The notes under the pieces: generated by a model | Told to the model about the DNA's origin: nothing | Databases searched by the model: none | Seen by the model: only the letters and a program-made list of their open reading frames with translations | DNA from: Candidatus Woesebacteria bacterium | Lineage (GTDB): Bacteria > Patescibacteriota > Microgenomatia > UBA8517 | Assembly: GCA_016700095.1 (NCBI GenBank) | Contig: CP065002.1 | Span: 1,124,145-1,188,144, forward strand | DNA length: 64,000 bases | Reading direction: 5' to 3' | Position numbers and translations under genes: made by a program | In this document: positions 28,303 to 37,900 of the stretch, piece after piece | How positions within the stretch are numbered: the first letter of the stretch is position 1 | Layout of the letters: every line of letters starts with the position of its first letter

Positions 28303-29781
28303 TCAAAAGCCGGGAGGGCTACCGGCAGGCATTGATACTCCACCACTTCGCCCTGTGTTACTTGATCCTGATCTTCCAATACCGCTAAATGGAGAAGTAG
28401 TGTTTGTATCACTTGTTTCATTAATCGAAGTTGTTGCGACAATTACTTTGACTCCCTCAGCTAATCCGGTAAGAATTTCTATGTGAGTATCGTTCTCTAA
28501 TCCCGTTTCAACAACTACATCTTTCACACCACTTTCTTCAAGCACTTGTACAATACCTTGCCCATTAGTCGTTTGAACCGCGGTAAGCGGCACAACAATT
28601 TTTCCAGTTGAAATCCCCGTGATAATCTCGGCATTAACCGCCATATTTGGATATATTTCCAAAGAAACGGGATCAATAAGTACTGAAACAGGATACGAAG
28701 TTACACCTGATGAAACACTTCCGCTAGTTATTACGGCCAAAACTTTCCCTGTAAACGACTTGTCCTCATAAGCATCCAGGGTTAAATTTACTTTTTGGTT
28801 AGCTTTAACATTGACAATGTCTATCTCGGTCAGATTAACTGTCGCGATAAGCTGTCCCTTTGGGTTACTAATTTTTGCAGCTGTTTGACCTTCCACTATA
28901 GTCGCACCATTAGTCGTACTCGTTGATGTACTGGCTGATACAATAATACCTTCGGCTAATGCCAAATCGGTAATAACCCCATCTGAAGGCGCAATTATGG
29001 TTGCAGAATTTTCCTGATAATCTTTGAGTGCGGTTACAATTTTCGCATTAGCGCTGACAATGTCGGCATCCGAGTTTTTATACCGACTCTCCGCAACACT
29101 AAAGGCAAGTCTTTTTTGATCAAGCGTTTTAGTAATAATCATACGTTCATTGTCTGTGTATACTTCGCGGGTCAAGGGATTTGTGTTATCGCTGGTCATA
29201 TCGTCCAATGCTTCTTGGGCATCCAACACTTCCTGTCGGGCGTTCCACATTGCAATATCTGCCAACGACTTACCGTTTAATACTTCCAAGTAGTTTTCCT
29301 GTGCTTCTAAATAAGCTACCCATGCGGTAGACTGACGTTCTTTTGCGTAATCATCCAGATTAACCTCGGCAATTTTTTGACCTTTTGCTACAGTATCTCC
29401 ATTAACAACATAAACCTTACTTACTACACCGGAAGTTTTAGTTGTGACATTTGTGTAATTTCCCGAAGTAATCGTTCCGGTAGCTGAAATTGTGCTAATC
29501 AAGTTACCAGTGCTTGCGATCTGTGTCTCGTAAGTAACGCTTTCCTTATTTGCTGCACCAACAAAATGTTTAATCAATAGAACACATAAAACAATCAGCA
29601 TTATTGCAATGAGCTTTATTTTCCATGAAGATTGTTTTCCCCAATAAAAACACTTTATTACTTTATCTTTGATGTTTAAGAGGGTGAATTTTCTTCGTGA
29701 TTTTTTTGCAATATCTCGACGTCTTTTTTTGTTACTTTGCTTTTCTTTTTCCTTGTTTATATAAACTTTACTTTTGGACAT
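28303..29781 (-). CDS. HlyD/MacA-family periplasmic adaptor (membrane fusion protein).
   Basis: K/R-rich cytoplasmic N-tail, single TM helix, long coiled-coil/lipoyl/beta-barrel region, G/S-rich C-terminus. Confidence 0.8.
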   Translation of the reverse strand: MSKSKVYINKEKEKQSNKKRRRDIAKKSRRKFTLLNIKDKVIKCFYWGKQSSWKIKLIAIMLIVLCVLLIKHFVGAANKESVTYETQIASTGNLISTISATGTITSGNYTNVTTKTSGVVSKVYVVNGDTVAKGQKIAEVNLDDYAKERQSTAWVAYLEAQENYLEVLNGKSLADIAMWNARQEVLDAQEALDDMTSDNTNPLTREVYTDNERMIITKTLDQKRLAFSVAESRYKNSDADIVSANAKIVTALKDYQENSATIIAPSDGVITDLALAEGIIVSASTSTSTTNGATIVEGQTAAKISNPKGQLIATVNLTEIDIVNVKANQKVNLTLDAYEDKSFTGKVLAVITSGSVSSGVTSYPVSVLIDPVSLEIYPNMAVNAEIITGISTGKIVVPLTAVQTTNGQGIVQVLEESGVKDVVVETGLENDTHIEILTGLAEGVKVIVATTSINETSDTNTTSPFSGIGRSGSSNTGRSGGVSMPAGSPPGF

Positions 29782-29800
29782 GATTTATTCTAGATTTTGT

Positions 29801-29821
29801 TTCTTAAGATTAACTTAAGTC
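29801..29821 (-). promoter_or_regulatory. Putative response-regulator box (direct repeat CTTAAGTTAATCTTAAGAAAC in gene orientation) upstream of the ABC-exporter operon.
   Basis: Half-sites have 11-bp periodicity. The same box occurs at 32443..32463 and a variant at 30699..30720. Confidence 0.5.
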
Positions 29822-30075
29822 CTACTTACCAAGACTTAGAAATAGTTACCTTTGTACTTCTGGTGTTTAAAGTTGGTGTGTTTAAACCCAACAATATTCG
29901 TAATATATATTCTAATCACATTTCGTCTTGGCATCAGATAGTTGATCCTTAATTTATCGAGTCAATGATACTCCAAGGACTAAAAGGCTATGTGTCTAAT
30001 AAATGCTCAATTCCTACTTCGCTAGACCATTACACAGATAACCCACGGTTTTACAATTGTTTATTAACACAAATA

Positions 30076-30093
30076 GCTCCCTTTTTTGGGAGC
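30076..30093. terminator. Bidirectional hairpin GCTCCC-TTTTTT-GGGAGC between the two-component operon and the ABC-exporter promoter.
   Basis: Perfect 6-bp GC-rich stem with a T/A-rich loop and T-rich flanks on both strands. Confidence 0.5.
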
Positions 30094-30139
30094 CATTTGT
30101 TACCATATCTAATCGTTTTACAATCCGTGATTGTCAACG

Positions 30140-30652
30140 TTATATCTCAGGTTTTCCACCATTTTGAAAACCATGTCTTGGCATTCCGATTTCATCCATC
30201 AGATATTTAACGTCTATTCCGTTTGACGTTGCCCACCCTACAAGTTCATTGTGTTCACTTTCCCTCGCATTAATTCTCTCTTGATGGGTGGATTTTACTG
30301 CATCTTGACGGTTAGTATGCAATTCCTTGCGTTTCTCTAGTATTAACGTCTTTTGCTCTTGTGTAATTTTTCCGTCAGCGACTTCTTTATTTAATGACTC
30401 TTCAAACAGAGCTTCCATTTCGGCTTGTCTTTCCTCTCTACTTTCTTTCATCTTGGCTTCATATTCATTTCTGTCTTCATCAACAACAGCCTGAACATCG
30501 TCTTTTTCTAAGCCAAATTTCGTTGCAATTTTATCAACAAGGTTTGCCATATGATTTTCGTTTGTGTTTTCAGCAAAAACTGTTTTCGTTGAAATTAATG
30601 ACAACCCCAAAGCAAGCATGGCAAACGCGCTAAATAATAATGTCTTTCTCAT
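30140..30652 (-). CDS. Secreted coiled-coil protein with an LTxxQ-like motif (CpxP/Spy-like periplasmic stress protein, tentative).
   Basis: Signal peptide, ITQEQK (LTxxQ-like), helical charged repeats. The ATG at 30652 lies 5 nt after AGGAGGTGATA. The track start is a GTG inside the SD. Confidence 0.55.
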   Translation of the reverse strand: MRKTLLFSAFAMLALGLSLISTKTVFAENTNENHMANLVDKIATKFGLEKDDVQAVVDEDRNEYEAKMKESREERQAEMEALFEESLNKEVADGKITQEQKTLILEKRKELHTNRQDAVKSTHQERINARESEHNELVGWATSNGIDVKYLMDEIGMPRHGFQNGGKPEI

Positions 30653-30698
30653 AATTATCACCTCCTTTCATTTTCTTCTCTCAAGTTACGCCACTTTT

Positions 30699-30720
30699 CT
30701 TAATAAACACTTAATATAAG
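30699..30720 (-). promoter_or_regulatory. Third copy of the response-regulator box (ATTAAGTGTTTATTAAGAAAA in gene orientation) upstream of the CpxP-like gene.
   Basis: Same half-site spacing as the other two boxes. Confidence 0.4.
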
Positions 30721-30724
30721 AATT

Positions 30725-31750
30725 TTAGTTTGAGGATATCAGCGGTAATTCGACACAAATTGAAGTTCCCTTTCCCGGTTTACTTTCGGCTTTAATTGTA
30801 CCTCGGTGGTTTACAACGATACTTTTTGCTATCGCCAATCCAAGTCCAAATCCTTCGGTTTCTGATCTTGATTTCTCGGCTCTATAAAAACGATCAAATA
30901 TTTTGGGAAGGTCGCTTTTTGAAATCCCGATACCTTGATCTGTAATTTTTACATTTATGTTATCCTTATTACGTTCACCCTTAATGCTAACTTTAGTATT
31001 AGACTTACTATATTTAATTGCGTTGTCAATAATTATCACAAATAATTCTTTCAGTTCATCTGGATTTCCGAGTACTTTAACTCTGGGAACATTATCGATA
31101 AGTTTGATCGATTTTACGGTTGCTTGAGTTGTCAATTTCCGGATTGCCGAAGAAATATCATCTCCAATGAAATGCTTGACATGTCCTTCGCTTGTTTTTT
31201 CATGATGTACTTTAGTCAAATGAAGTAAGCTATTTACCAATATATTAATATCGTTAATTTCTTCCAAATTACTTTTTATTAAGCTTTTCGCGCTTTCTTT
31301 CGTCAAATTATTTTCGAGTAGTGCCGCTTCCATTTCTGCTTTTAGAGTCGCAATTGGAGTTCGCAGTTCATGGGATGCATCCGAGATAAATTGATTTTGT
31401 TCACCAATCATCTTCCCTATAGGCTTTAACGTTTTCCCGGAAAGGAAATATGATGCGCCTCCGGCAACGGCTAAAATTGCCATGTTAATTAATGCAAGAG
31501 AAACAACAAGTTGTTTTTTTTGATATTTTAGTTCTTCGGAACTAATTGTAGGCGGTAATCCCATCGGTCTTGGCGGAGCATTCTCGAATCGTTCAAATTG
31601 AAAGTCTCTAAGTCTGTCGTTTTGAGCTCGTGTAAATCTTTCAATCTGTCGTGAGACATTGCCGTATATTGAAATGCTGAAAAGTAAACTTACGAACATT
31701 AGAATAACTACATACCAAGCAGTTAGTTTTAGGCGTGCTAAGTTAAACAT
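30725..31750 (-). CDS. Sensor histidine kinase (HisKA + HATPase_c).
   Basis: H-box SHELRTPI, N/G1/G2 boxes (DQGIGI, GLGL), two N-terminal TM helices. Confidence 0.9.
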   Translation of the reverse strand: MFNLARLKLTAWYVVILMFVSLLFSISIYGNVSRQIERFTRAQNDRLRDFQFERFENAPPRPMGLPPTISSEELKYQKKQLVVSLALINMAILAVAGGASYFLSGKTLKPIGKMIGEQNQFISDASHELRTPIATLKAEMEAALLENNLTKESAKSLIKSNLEEINDINILVNSLLHLTKVHHEKTSEGHVKHFIGDDISSAIRKLTTQATVKSIKLIDNVPRVKVLGNPDELKELFVIIIDNAIKYSKSNTKVSIKGERNKDNINVKITDQGIGISKSDLPKIFDRFYRAEKSRSETEGFGLGLAIAKSIVVNHRGTIKAESKPGKGTSICVELPLISSN

Positions 31751-31751
31751 A

Positions 31752-32423
31752 TTAATTATCCAGTATTACATAACCAAATCCACGTATCGTTTTAATTAAT
31801 TGTGTGTCAAATGGTTTGTCTATTTTATCTCGAAGATGTTTGATGTGTACCTCAGTCGTGGTTGGCAGTATATCTGCATCATAATTCCAAACAGACTGTA
31901 CAATCTGATCTCTTGTGACAGTCATATTTTTGTAGCGCATCAGATATTCTAATATCGAGAATTCTTTTAGTGACAACTGAATTGTTCTACCGGCTCTTGT
32001 GACAATGAAGTTTACCGGATCTAGCGTGAGATCTTTAATTGTTAGCACATTTTCCTGATTCTTGGACGATCTTCTAAGTAATGCTCTTACTCTTGCGAAT
32101 AGCTCTTCAAACGAAAACGGTTTTACCAAATAATCATCCGCTCCTGCGTCTAAACCGTTTATTTTATCTTTTGTTTGCCCTAACGCAGTTAACATAATAA
32201 TTGGAGTCGCAATTCTTTCATTCCTTACTTTTTTACTTATCTCAATTCCGCTGATCTTTGGAAGCATCACATCAAGAATGATCACATCATACTTTTCTCC
32301 AATCGCTAAATCTAAACCTTGCTCGCCGTCATATACAACATCAACTGTATATTTTTGTGTAATTAATGCGCGTTTTATCGCGTTGGCAAGTTTCTCTTCA
32401 TCCTCAACAAGTAGTATCCGCAT
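31752..32423 (-). CDS. OmpR/PhoB-family response regulator.
   Basis: Receiver domain (LLVEDE, IILDVMLP) plus a winged-helix trans_reg_C domain. Confidence 0.92.
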   Translation of the reverse strand: MRILLVEDEEKLANAIKRALITQKYTVDVVYDGEQGLDLAIGEKYDVIILDVMLPKISGIEISKKVRNERIATPIIMLTALGQTKDKINGLDAGADDYLVKPFSFEELFARVRALLRRSSKNQENVLTIKDLTLDPVNFIVTRAGRTIQLSLKEFSILEYLMRYKNMTVTRDQIVQSVWNYDADILPTTTEVHIKHLRDKIDKPFDTQLIKTIRGFGYVILDN

Positions 32424-32442
32424 GAAGCCATATTATAAACTT

Positions 32443-32463
32443 TTTCTTAAGATTAACTTAATA
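32443..32463 (-). promoter_or_regulatory. Response-regulator box upstream of its own operon (autoregulation site), abutting a TATAAT box.
   Basis: ATTAAGTTAATCTTAAGAAAA in gene orientation, an 18/18 core identity with the box at 29801. Confidence 0.5.
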
Positions 32464-32767
32464 TTTAATTTGAGTTAATGTCACTTAGTTGAAAAACCGA
32501 AAATATTTAAGTTCTTTCTATCATTCCTCCTTTTCCACAAGTATTACAAGTTATTGTCAGCTTGGCTACTCTTCCTAATTGTTGCGTTTCCCTAGTACCC
32601 GTTATACCTAGACATGGACGTCCACTTCCTGCTCTTATGTGTTCCAGAATTTCAACTTACGTTTTGGTATTCTCACCATCTGACCCAGAACTACTATATT
32701 TATGTGTAACTTAAGTACTATGTAAGATCTACAGGAAAGCTTCCAAAAGATTGCTATAATATTTTAT

Positions 32768-33829
32768 ATGGCAAGACTTACCTACGATGAATTAATAAAA
32801 AAGCATACAAGAATATTAAAAGGTCTCCAGCAGAAATCGGGTTTGTTTCTCGCCTCAAAAAAGAACGTCGAAACAGGGTACGACAAATCATGGTTAAGAG
32901 ATAATTTCTATGAAACCTTAGCATTTGAAGTAATTGGCGATTGGCATACGGTAGAGAAAACCTATCGTGCAATACTCAATGTCTTTCTTACTCACGAAAA
33001 GAAAATTGATTGGGCTATTGCCAATAAACCAACCGAAAGCTTTCAATACATTCACGCCAGATTTCACCCCGATAACTTTGGTGAATTCTGGGAATCCTGG
33101 GGCAACAAACAAAACGACGCTGTTGGCTGTATTCTTTTTCGCATTGGTGTTTTGGAGACTAGACTCAAAAGATCAATCATTAAAACACCGGATCACATTA
33201 GAATTGTCAATAAGTTGGTTAAATATCTGGAAGCAATTGAATATTGGAAAGACAGAGATTCGGGAATGTGGGAGGAAGAAGAAGAGCTTCACGCTTCAAG
33301 TGTCGGAGCATGTGTTGCAGGTCTTAAATCCATTTCGCAAGTTTCCACCATCGCGGTTCCCGTCTTATTAATAAAGAAAGGTGAAGATGCACTCAACAAT
33401 TTGTTACCCCGAGAATCAGACCGTAAATTTGTTGATTTATCACTTCTTTCACTTATATGGCCTTATGAAATCATCGACGAAAAGCAAAAACTCAAGATTC
33501 TCGAAAACATTGAATATCACCTTAAACGTGAGCGAGGAATTGTCAGATACAAAGGTGACAAGTACTACAATAAAAACAAAGACGGTGTAAGCGAGGAAGC
33601 AGAGTGGACTTTCGGACTTTCATGGCTTGCAATAATATACGAAAAAGGAGGAAACAAAGAAAAAGCCCAGGAATTACTCAAAGATCTTATCGCAATTGAT
33701 ACTCCGGAAGGCATGCCGGAATTATATTTTTCAAATTCTCCCGAGTTTAATGAAAACATTCCGCTTGGTTGGAGCGAATCGCTTTTCATCATTGCACTTT
33801 TTGACATGAATGAAAGATCTGAAAAGTGA
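32768..33829 (+). CDS. GH15-family (glucoamylase/trehalase-like) (alpha/alpha)6-barrel glycoside hydrolase, catalytic domain only.
   Basis: SWLRDNFYE and GMWEEEEE (the GH15 general-acid WEE motif) in correct order and spacing. Confidence 0.75.
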   Translation: MARLTYDELIKKHTRILKGLQQKSGLFLASKKNVETGYDKSWLRDNFYETLAFEVIGDWHTVEKTYRAILNVFLTHEKKIDWAIANKPTESFQYIHARFHPDNFGEFWESWGNKQNDAVGCILFRIGVLETRLKRSIIKTPDHIRIVNKLVKYLEAIEYWKDRDSGMWEEEEELHASSVGACVAGLKSISQVSTIAVPVLLIKKGEDALNNLLPRESDRKFVDLSLLSLIWPYEIIDEKQKLKILENIEYHLKRERGIVRYKGDKYYNKNKDGVSEEAEWTFGLSWLAIIYEKGGNKEKAQELLKDLIAIDTPEGMPELYFSNSPEFNENIPLGWSESLFIIALFDMNERSEK

Positions 33830-34137
33830 TGGCAGGCATTAAAGTTGAAAATAAAGCTTCGTTTTCCGCACGGTGTGTTGGCTTAATGTTTACACCCACC
33901 GTTCACCCTATATATTTCAAAACAAGGTTTGGCATTCATACTTTTTTTGTCCGAAATCCGATTGATGTCCTGATACTTGATAATGAATTTATTGTCAGAA
34001 AAATGATAGTTAATCTAAAACCCTGGAGAGTATTTTTATGGAATCCAAGGTACAATAACGTAATCGAACTGCCCGGTAGTAGTATTGTAAAGCAAAGAAT
34101 TAAGCTGGGAAGCAAAATTGAGGTACTATTTAAGTAG
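33826..34137 (+). CDS. DUF192 family protein.
   Basis: GLMF...GIHTFFVRNPIDVLILD...ELP pattern of DUF192/COG1430. Start overlaps the upstream stop by 4 nt. Confidence 0.7.
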   Translation: MMAGIKVENKASFSARCVGLMFTPTVHPIYFKTRFGIHTFFVRNPIDVLILDNEFIVRKMIVNLKPWRVFLWNPRYNNVIELPGSSIVKQRIKLGSKIEVLFK

Positions 34138-34233
34138 TGACCTATATCAAATTTGAAAGAAATTAAATTTTACTACAAAGTAATCCTATAAAAAAGAATT
34201 GCTTTTATCTTCATATATAACCAAAATCAGCAT

Positions 34234-34458
34234 ATGACACCTGAAAATCCTTTCTTGAAGAAAATGTTGCGTATATATGCTCAACCAACCAAACCAGATG
34301 AGGGGTCTTTAGAAGATTTAGGCGATGATGATTATGTGCCCAAACGATTTCCACCCAAATCACCACTAACTGGTAAACAAATACGTGAACGAGATGAGGA
34401 AAGGCAACGGCGAGTTAAACAACAAAATGCAGCCAGACAGCAAGCTCAAGGTGATTAA
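34234..34458 (+). CDS. Hypothetical small charged protein.
   Basis: 74-aa ORF, highly charged (RERDEERQRRVKQQNAARQQAQ). Confidence 0.35.
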   Translation: MTPENPFLKKMLRIYAQPTKPDEGSLEDLGDDDYVPKRFPPKSPLTGKQIRERDEERQRRVKQQNAARQQAQGD

Positions 34459-34541
34459 TAACTTCACAAGATATCCAATATCCGCAAATTCCTAATTTAC
34501 CCCTTGAACAAATTATTTTATTCTCATATATTGATAACACT

Positions 34542-35024
34542 ATGGATGATACCAATACGAACCCCGAAGACAAGGCTCGGGACAATACACTGCCCGATTC
34601 CCTCTCTACTTCAGATCCAAACGATGACACCAAAACACTAATTGCCGTCGAATCGCAAATTAAAATGAACATGGCAAAAATTGAACGAGTAAAAAAAGAT
34701 CTCCAGCCGGTCAATGAAATGTTAAAAAACTTACTCGAAAACGATGAGTCATATGTGAAACTTTCTGATATCGCCAAAAAGGCGGCTCGAGAAAAGTCCG
34801 CCAGGAAAAAAGATTTATTAAGTACCCAAAACGGGAAAGAGCTGTTGGGTAAAATTACCGCTTTTAAGGAAGAATTAGCTGACGCACAAGAAGCACTTTC
34901 TTACTATCTTTCCGAATACCAAAAATCAACTGGGCTAAACGAGTTTGAGGGTGAGGACGGCGAGTTAAGGCAAATTGTCTATGTCGCCAAATTGGTTCGT
35001 AAAACCAATCTCAATAGAGGTTAA
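34542..35024 (+). CDS. Hypothetical acidic coiled-coil protein.
   Basis: 160 aa of non-repetitive sequence. No family recognised. Confidence 0.45.
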   Translation: MDDTNTNPEDKARDNTLPDSLSTSDPNDDTKTLIAVESQIKMNMAKIERVKKDLQPVNEMLKNLLENDESYVKLSDIAKKAAREKSARKKDLLSTQNGKELLGKITAFKEELADAQEALSYYLSEYQKSTGLNEFEGEDGELRQIVYVAKLVRKTNLNRG

Positions 35025-36673
35025 TTTTGGCTGTATAAATATTTCTTGTATTCTTCGAGCATTCTTTTTGCACTAAAACCCTCAGCAATTTCAATTGACT
35101 TCCGCATTCTTTTTATCCATTTCAGCGGCAGACCATTTGTGCGGTCGTAATAACACGGCGCCATCTCGTTTTCGAGCAAAGAATAAAAATCATCGGCGAC
35201 ACTTTCAGGATTAAGTGTCCATCCCACACCCTCCCAATCAACTTCATAAGTCCATCCGTCCAAAACGGTACAATTTAAAACACCGTTTGATATTGCTTTC
35301 ATTCCCGAGGTGCCGCAAGCTTCCAAATTACCCTTAGGAGTGTTTAACCAAACGTCGGAGCCGGACGTCAAATGATTGGCAAGAGCAATATTGTAGTTTG
35401 GAATAAATATTGCATGTGAACTTAGTTTGGTGGAAAAAATATGTATTACTTCTTCGATTAATGCTTTTGATCCCATGTCTGCAGCATGTGAATTTCCTGC
35501 ATATAATATTTGAACCGGATGACTTGAATTACTTACTATTTCAATTAAACGATCTATGTCTTTTAATATTGCTTTGGGCTGCTTATAATCCGCCAAGCGT
35601 CGCGCCCACGTAATTACCAATTTATTGTCGTCGTAACCAAATCCTGTCCTTTTAATTACAGTCTCCATTAATTCATGTTTTTTAAGGCGATGGATATTCC
35701 ATAATTCTTCATCCGTAATAGTATCGTTCCTGAAATCACTATCTTGCCAACGGCGCAAAAAGACACCGTTGGTAATCGCAACCCAGTTATAATCGGGATA
35801 CTTTTTTCGTGCATAATCACCGTGTACCCGTGATACCGCGGATTGTTTACGAGAAATGTTAAGCGCATATTTCGTTATCGAAAAATCATTAAAAAAGTCT
35901 CCATCGCGAAGAAGCATTCCGCAATCGATACCGATTTGATCTGCATACGGTTTTGCCCAGTACTTTACGGTGTCGATTGTATAATTTGGATTACCGGCAT
36001 CAACTAAAGTGTGATTTGTATAGACAATATTTTCTTTCGCTTTCTGCCATGCTTCATCAAACTTCATTGCACCGTCTTTCATATATAATATAACCAATTC
36101 CCAAATACAAAACGCCGCACGCCCCTCATTTAAGTGATACACCTTCGGGTTAATACCCAATTCCTTAATTAACTTGGTTCCCCCAACGCCAAGAAGAATC
36201 TGCTGTCGTATTTGACTATCGTTATCACCTCCATAAATAGTATCCATATCATGTCTCCATTCATCTGGATTAGTATCAATGTCGGTTGACAGAAAAAAAA
36301 CTATTGTGGTATCCGATAATCGCAAGTGATACACCTTGACTGAAATTTCGCCTGTCGGAGTTGGAAGTTTAATAATTAACTCTTTTCCGTTTATGGTTGT
36401 AAGTCTTAGAAAAGATGTATCATGATCAAATTCACTATCTCTTTTTTCCTCCTTTCCGTCACCTGTAATGTGTTGGATATAATTCTTACCTTTGTATAAT
36501 ATTCCGACACCTATCGCCGGAAAATGTTCAAAAGCAGCTTCGTTAATAAAGTCACCGGCAAGAATTCCAAGACCACCTACGTAGGTTGGCAATTCACTAT
36601 CTAGAGCAAATTCATTACTAAAATATACAACCGGATCCTTAACCTCGGGTAACCGCATATATAAATCTAACAC
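35021..36673 (-). CDS. glgP: Alpha-glucan phosphorylase (GT35, short archaeal/bacterial form).
   Basis: LGGLGILAGDF..., PLP-lysine motif EACGTSGMKA, about 550 aa. Confidence 0.88.
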   Translation of the reverse strand: MLDLYMRLPEVKDPVVYFSNEFALDSELPTYVGGLGILAGDFINEAAFEHFPAIGVGILYKGKNYIQHITGDGKEEKRDSEFDHDTSFLRLTTINGKELIIKLPTPTGEISVKVYHLRLSDTTIVFFLSTDIDTNPDEWRHDMDTIYGGDNDSQIRQQILLGVGGTKLIKELGINPKVYHLNEGRAAFCIWELVILYMKDGAMKFDEAWQKAKENIVYTNHTLVDAGNPNYTIDTVKYWAKPYADQIGIDCGMLLRDGDFFNDFSITKYALNISRKQSAVSRVHGDYARKKYPDYNWVAITNGVFLRRWQDSDFRNDTITDEELWNIHRLKKHELMETVIKRTGFGYDDNKLVITWARRLADYKQPKAILKDIDRLIEIVSNSSHPVQILYAGNSHAADMGSKALIEEVIHIFSTKLSSHAIFIPNYNIALANHLTSGSDVWLNTPKGNLEACGTSGMKAISNGVLNCTVLDGWTYEVDWEGVGWTLNPESVADDFYSLLENEMAPCYYDRTNGLPLKWIKRMRKSIEIAEGFSAKRMLEEYKKYLYSQN

Positions 36674-36716
36674 GTTACAAATCTTAACTAAAGCATGTAG
36701 TTGTATCCAAGTAACT

Positions 36717-37088
36717 TTACGAAGTATTGCCTATTATCGGCAAATCTTTGAAGCTCACTTCTTTAAAGGTTGTGCAATCATCACCGATCGCAAAATATTT
36801 TATAAGCATTTTGAGATCTGTTGCCAGCTCGATTTCTTTCATAACGCCTGTAGATATTTCTCCAAAAACCCACAATTCATCGCTTCGTCTGATTAAATCA
36901 TTATTGGCCCGTATTAATTTTGCACGTTCGACAGTATCTAAAAGAAAATATGAATACATCATAAAAGCACAAGTTGGCGTAAATCCTTTATCTAATATGA
37001 ACCTGACAATGTGTTCGCGCAGAAAGAAATTTCGCTTGCTCATTGCTGCAAAAATTACAGCTTGTTCAGTATTAGTTACCTTTCTCAT
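36717..37088 (-). CDS. Hypothetical protein, possibly nucleoside 2-deoxyribosyltransferase-like fold.
   Basis: DELWVFGE-ISTGVMKEIELA resembles the D..hhh...S.G...E.G.A motif of YtoQ/NDT-like proteins. Weak call. Confidence 0.5.
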   Translation of the reverse strand: MRKVTNTEQAVIFAAMSKRNFFLREHIVRFILDKGFTPTCAFMMYSYFLLDTVERAKLIRANNDLIRRSDELWVFGEISTGVMKEIELATDLKMLIKYFAIGDDCTTFKEVSFKDLPIIGNTS

Positions 37089-37093
37089 GAGAG

Positions 37094-37432
37094 TTAACCT
37101 TTTCTAAATATATCCATAATTCTAGAAATTAATAATCGTGTCTTCTGCGTTTTTGGTCTCTGATTAACTTTTACCTTTCTACTCCATACCGATAGTATAA
37201 CCCATTCGTTCCTGTCATTTTTTGTGGCTACTACCTCAATAACAAGTTTGTGTTGTGGGGTGTTAGTCAAAGGCCACGTTTTGTAATACACTACCACCCC
37301 TTGTTTTTTTCCATTTTTGGAACTATCGGGTCTTCGAAAAGTTGCCCACGCATCTCCCTGTTTTATCTTGCGCGTCCTTAATCGCTCTATGGCATGATCT
37401 GTCCAAATAACTCCGCCATAGTGCTTATTCAT
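37094..37432 (-). CDS. DUF4258 family protein (RelE/ParE-superfamily-like small protein).
   Basis: WTDHAIERLRTRKI...VVVYYK...VIEVV...WVILSVWSRK matches the DUF4258 pattern (HAxERxxxRxI...V.Tvy). Confidence 0.65.
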   Translation of the reverse strand: MNKHYGGVIWTDHAIERLRTRKIKQGDAWATFRRPDSSKNGKKQGVVVYYKTWPLTNTPQHKLVIEVVATKNDRNEWVILSVWSRKVKVNQRPKTQKTRLLISRIMDIFRKG

Positions 37433-37527
37433 AACAACAGTATACTATCATTTTAGATAATATTTTTCCCCAGGAAGCGATTTAATACTATTTACTTTTA
37501 AAACGGCATGCGAAGCAAGTAGGGTGC

Positions 37528-37899
37528 TTATTGTTTCTTAGAACGTGCCTTCTTTTTGGATTTGACCTTACGTCCGTTGTGTGTTTTGAGATCCGCCAGA
37601 ATTTCACGGCTAATACTTTGAATTTCTTTTTTCAGAAATTCAGAAGCATCTTTTTTAATCTTGTCAGAAAGAAACTCCAGTAAGCCCTCGTCGTGCGGAC
37701 CACTCTCTAGTCGAACTAAGAATTCTTCATGATGTTTCTCGTCAAGTTCATCGAGAATACAATGTAGTACTTTATGGTGTACTATCTCATCGATTACTAT
37801 CCAGTATTCCTGTTTTTCTTGGGTATCTCGAACTAACTTGTTGAGTTTTTTTTCAATTTTATTGAAAGAGAATAATTTATCGTAAAAAAGTTTTGACAT
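37528..37899 (-). CDS. Hypothetical charged helical protein.
   Basis: 123 aa. Lies 2 nt downstream of the preceding gene. No family recognised. Confidence 0.5.
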   Translation of the reverse strand: MSKLFYDKLFSFNKIEKKLNKLVRDTQEKQEYWIVIDEIVHHKVLHCILDELDEKHHEEFLVRLESGPHDEGLLEFLSDKIKKDASEFLKKEIQSISREILADLKTHNGRKVKSKKKARSKKQ

Positions 37900-37900
37900 A

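Noticed and set aside
28233-28442. 69-aa minus-strand ORF overlapping the 3' end of the HlyD-like gene.
   Set aside because: It overlaps the adaptor gene in another frame on the same strand and has no independent signals.
29965-30210. 81-aa + strand ORF.
   Set aside because: It spans the GCTCCC-T6-GGGAGC terminator hairpin and the promoter region of the exporter operon, with no SD. It is better explained as non-coding.
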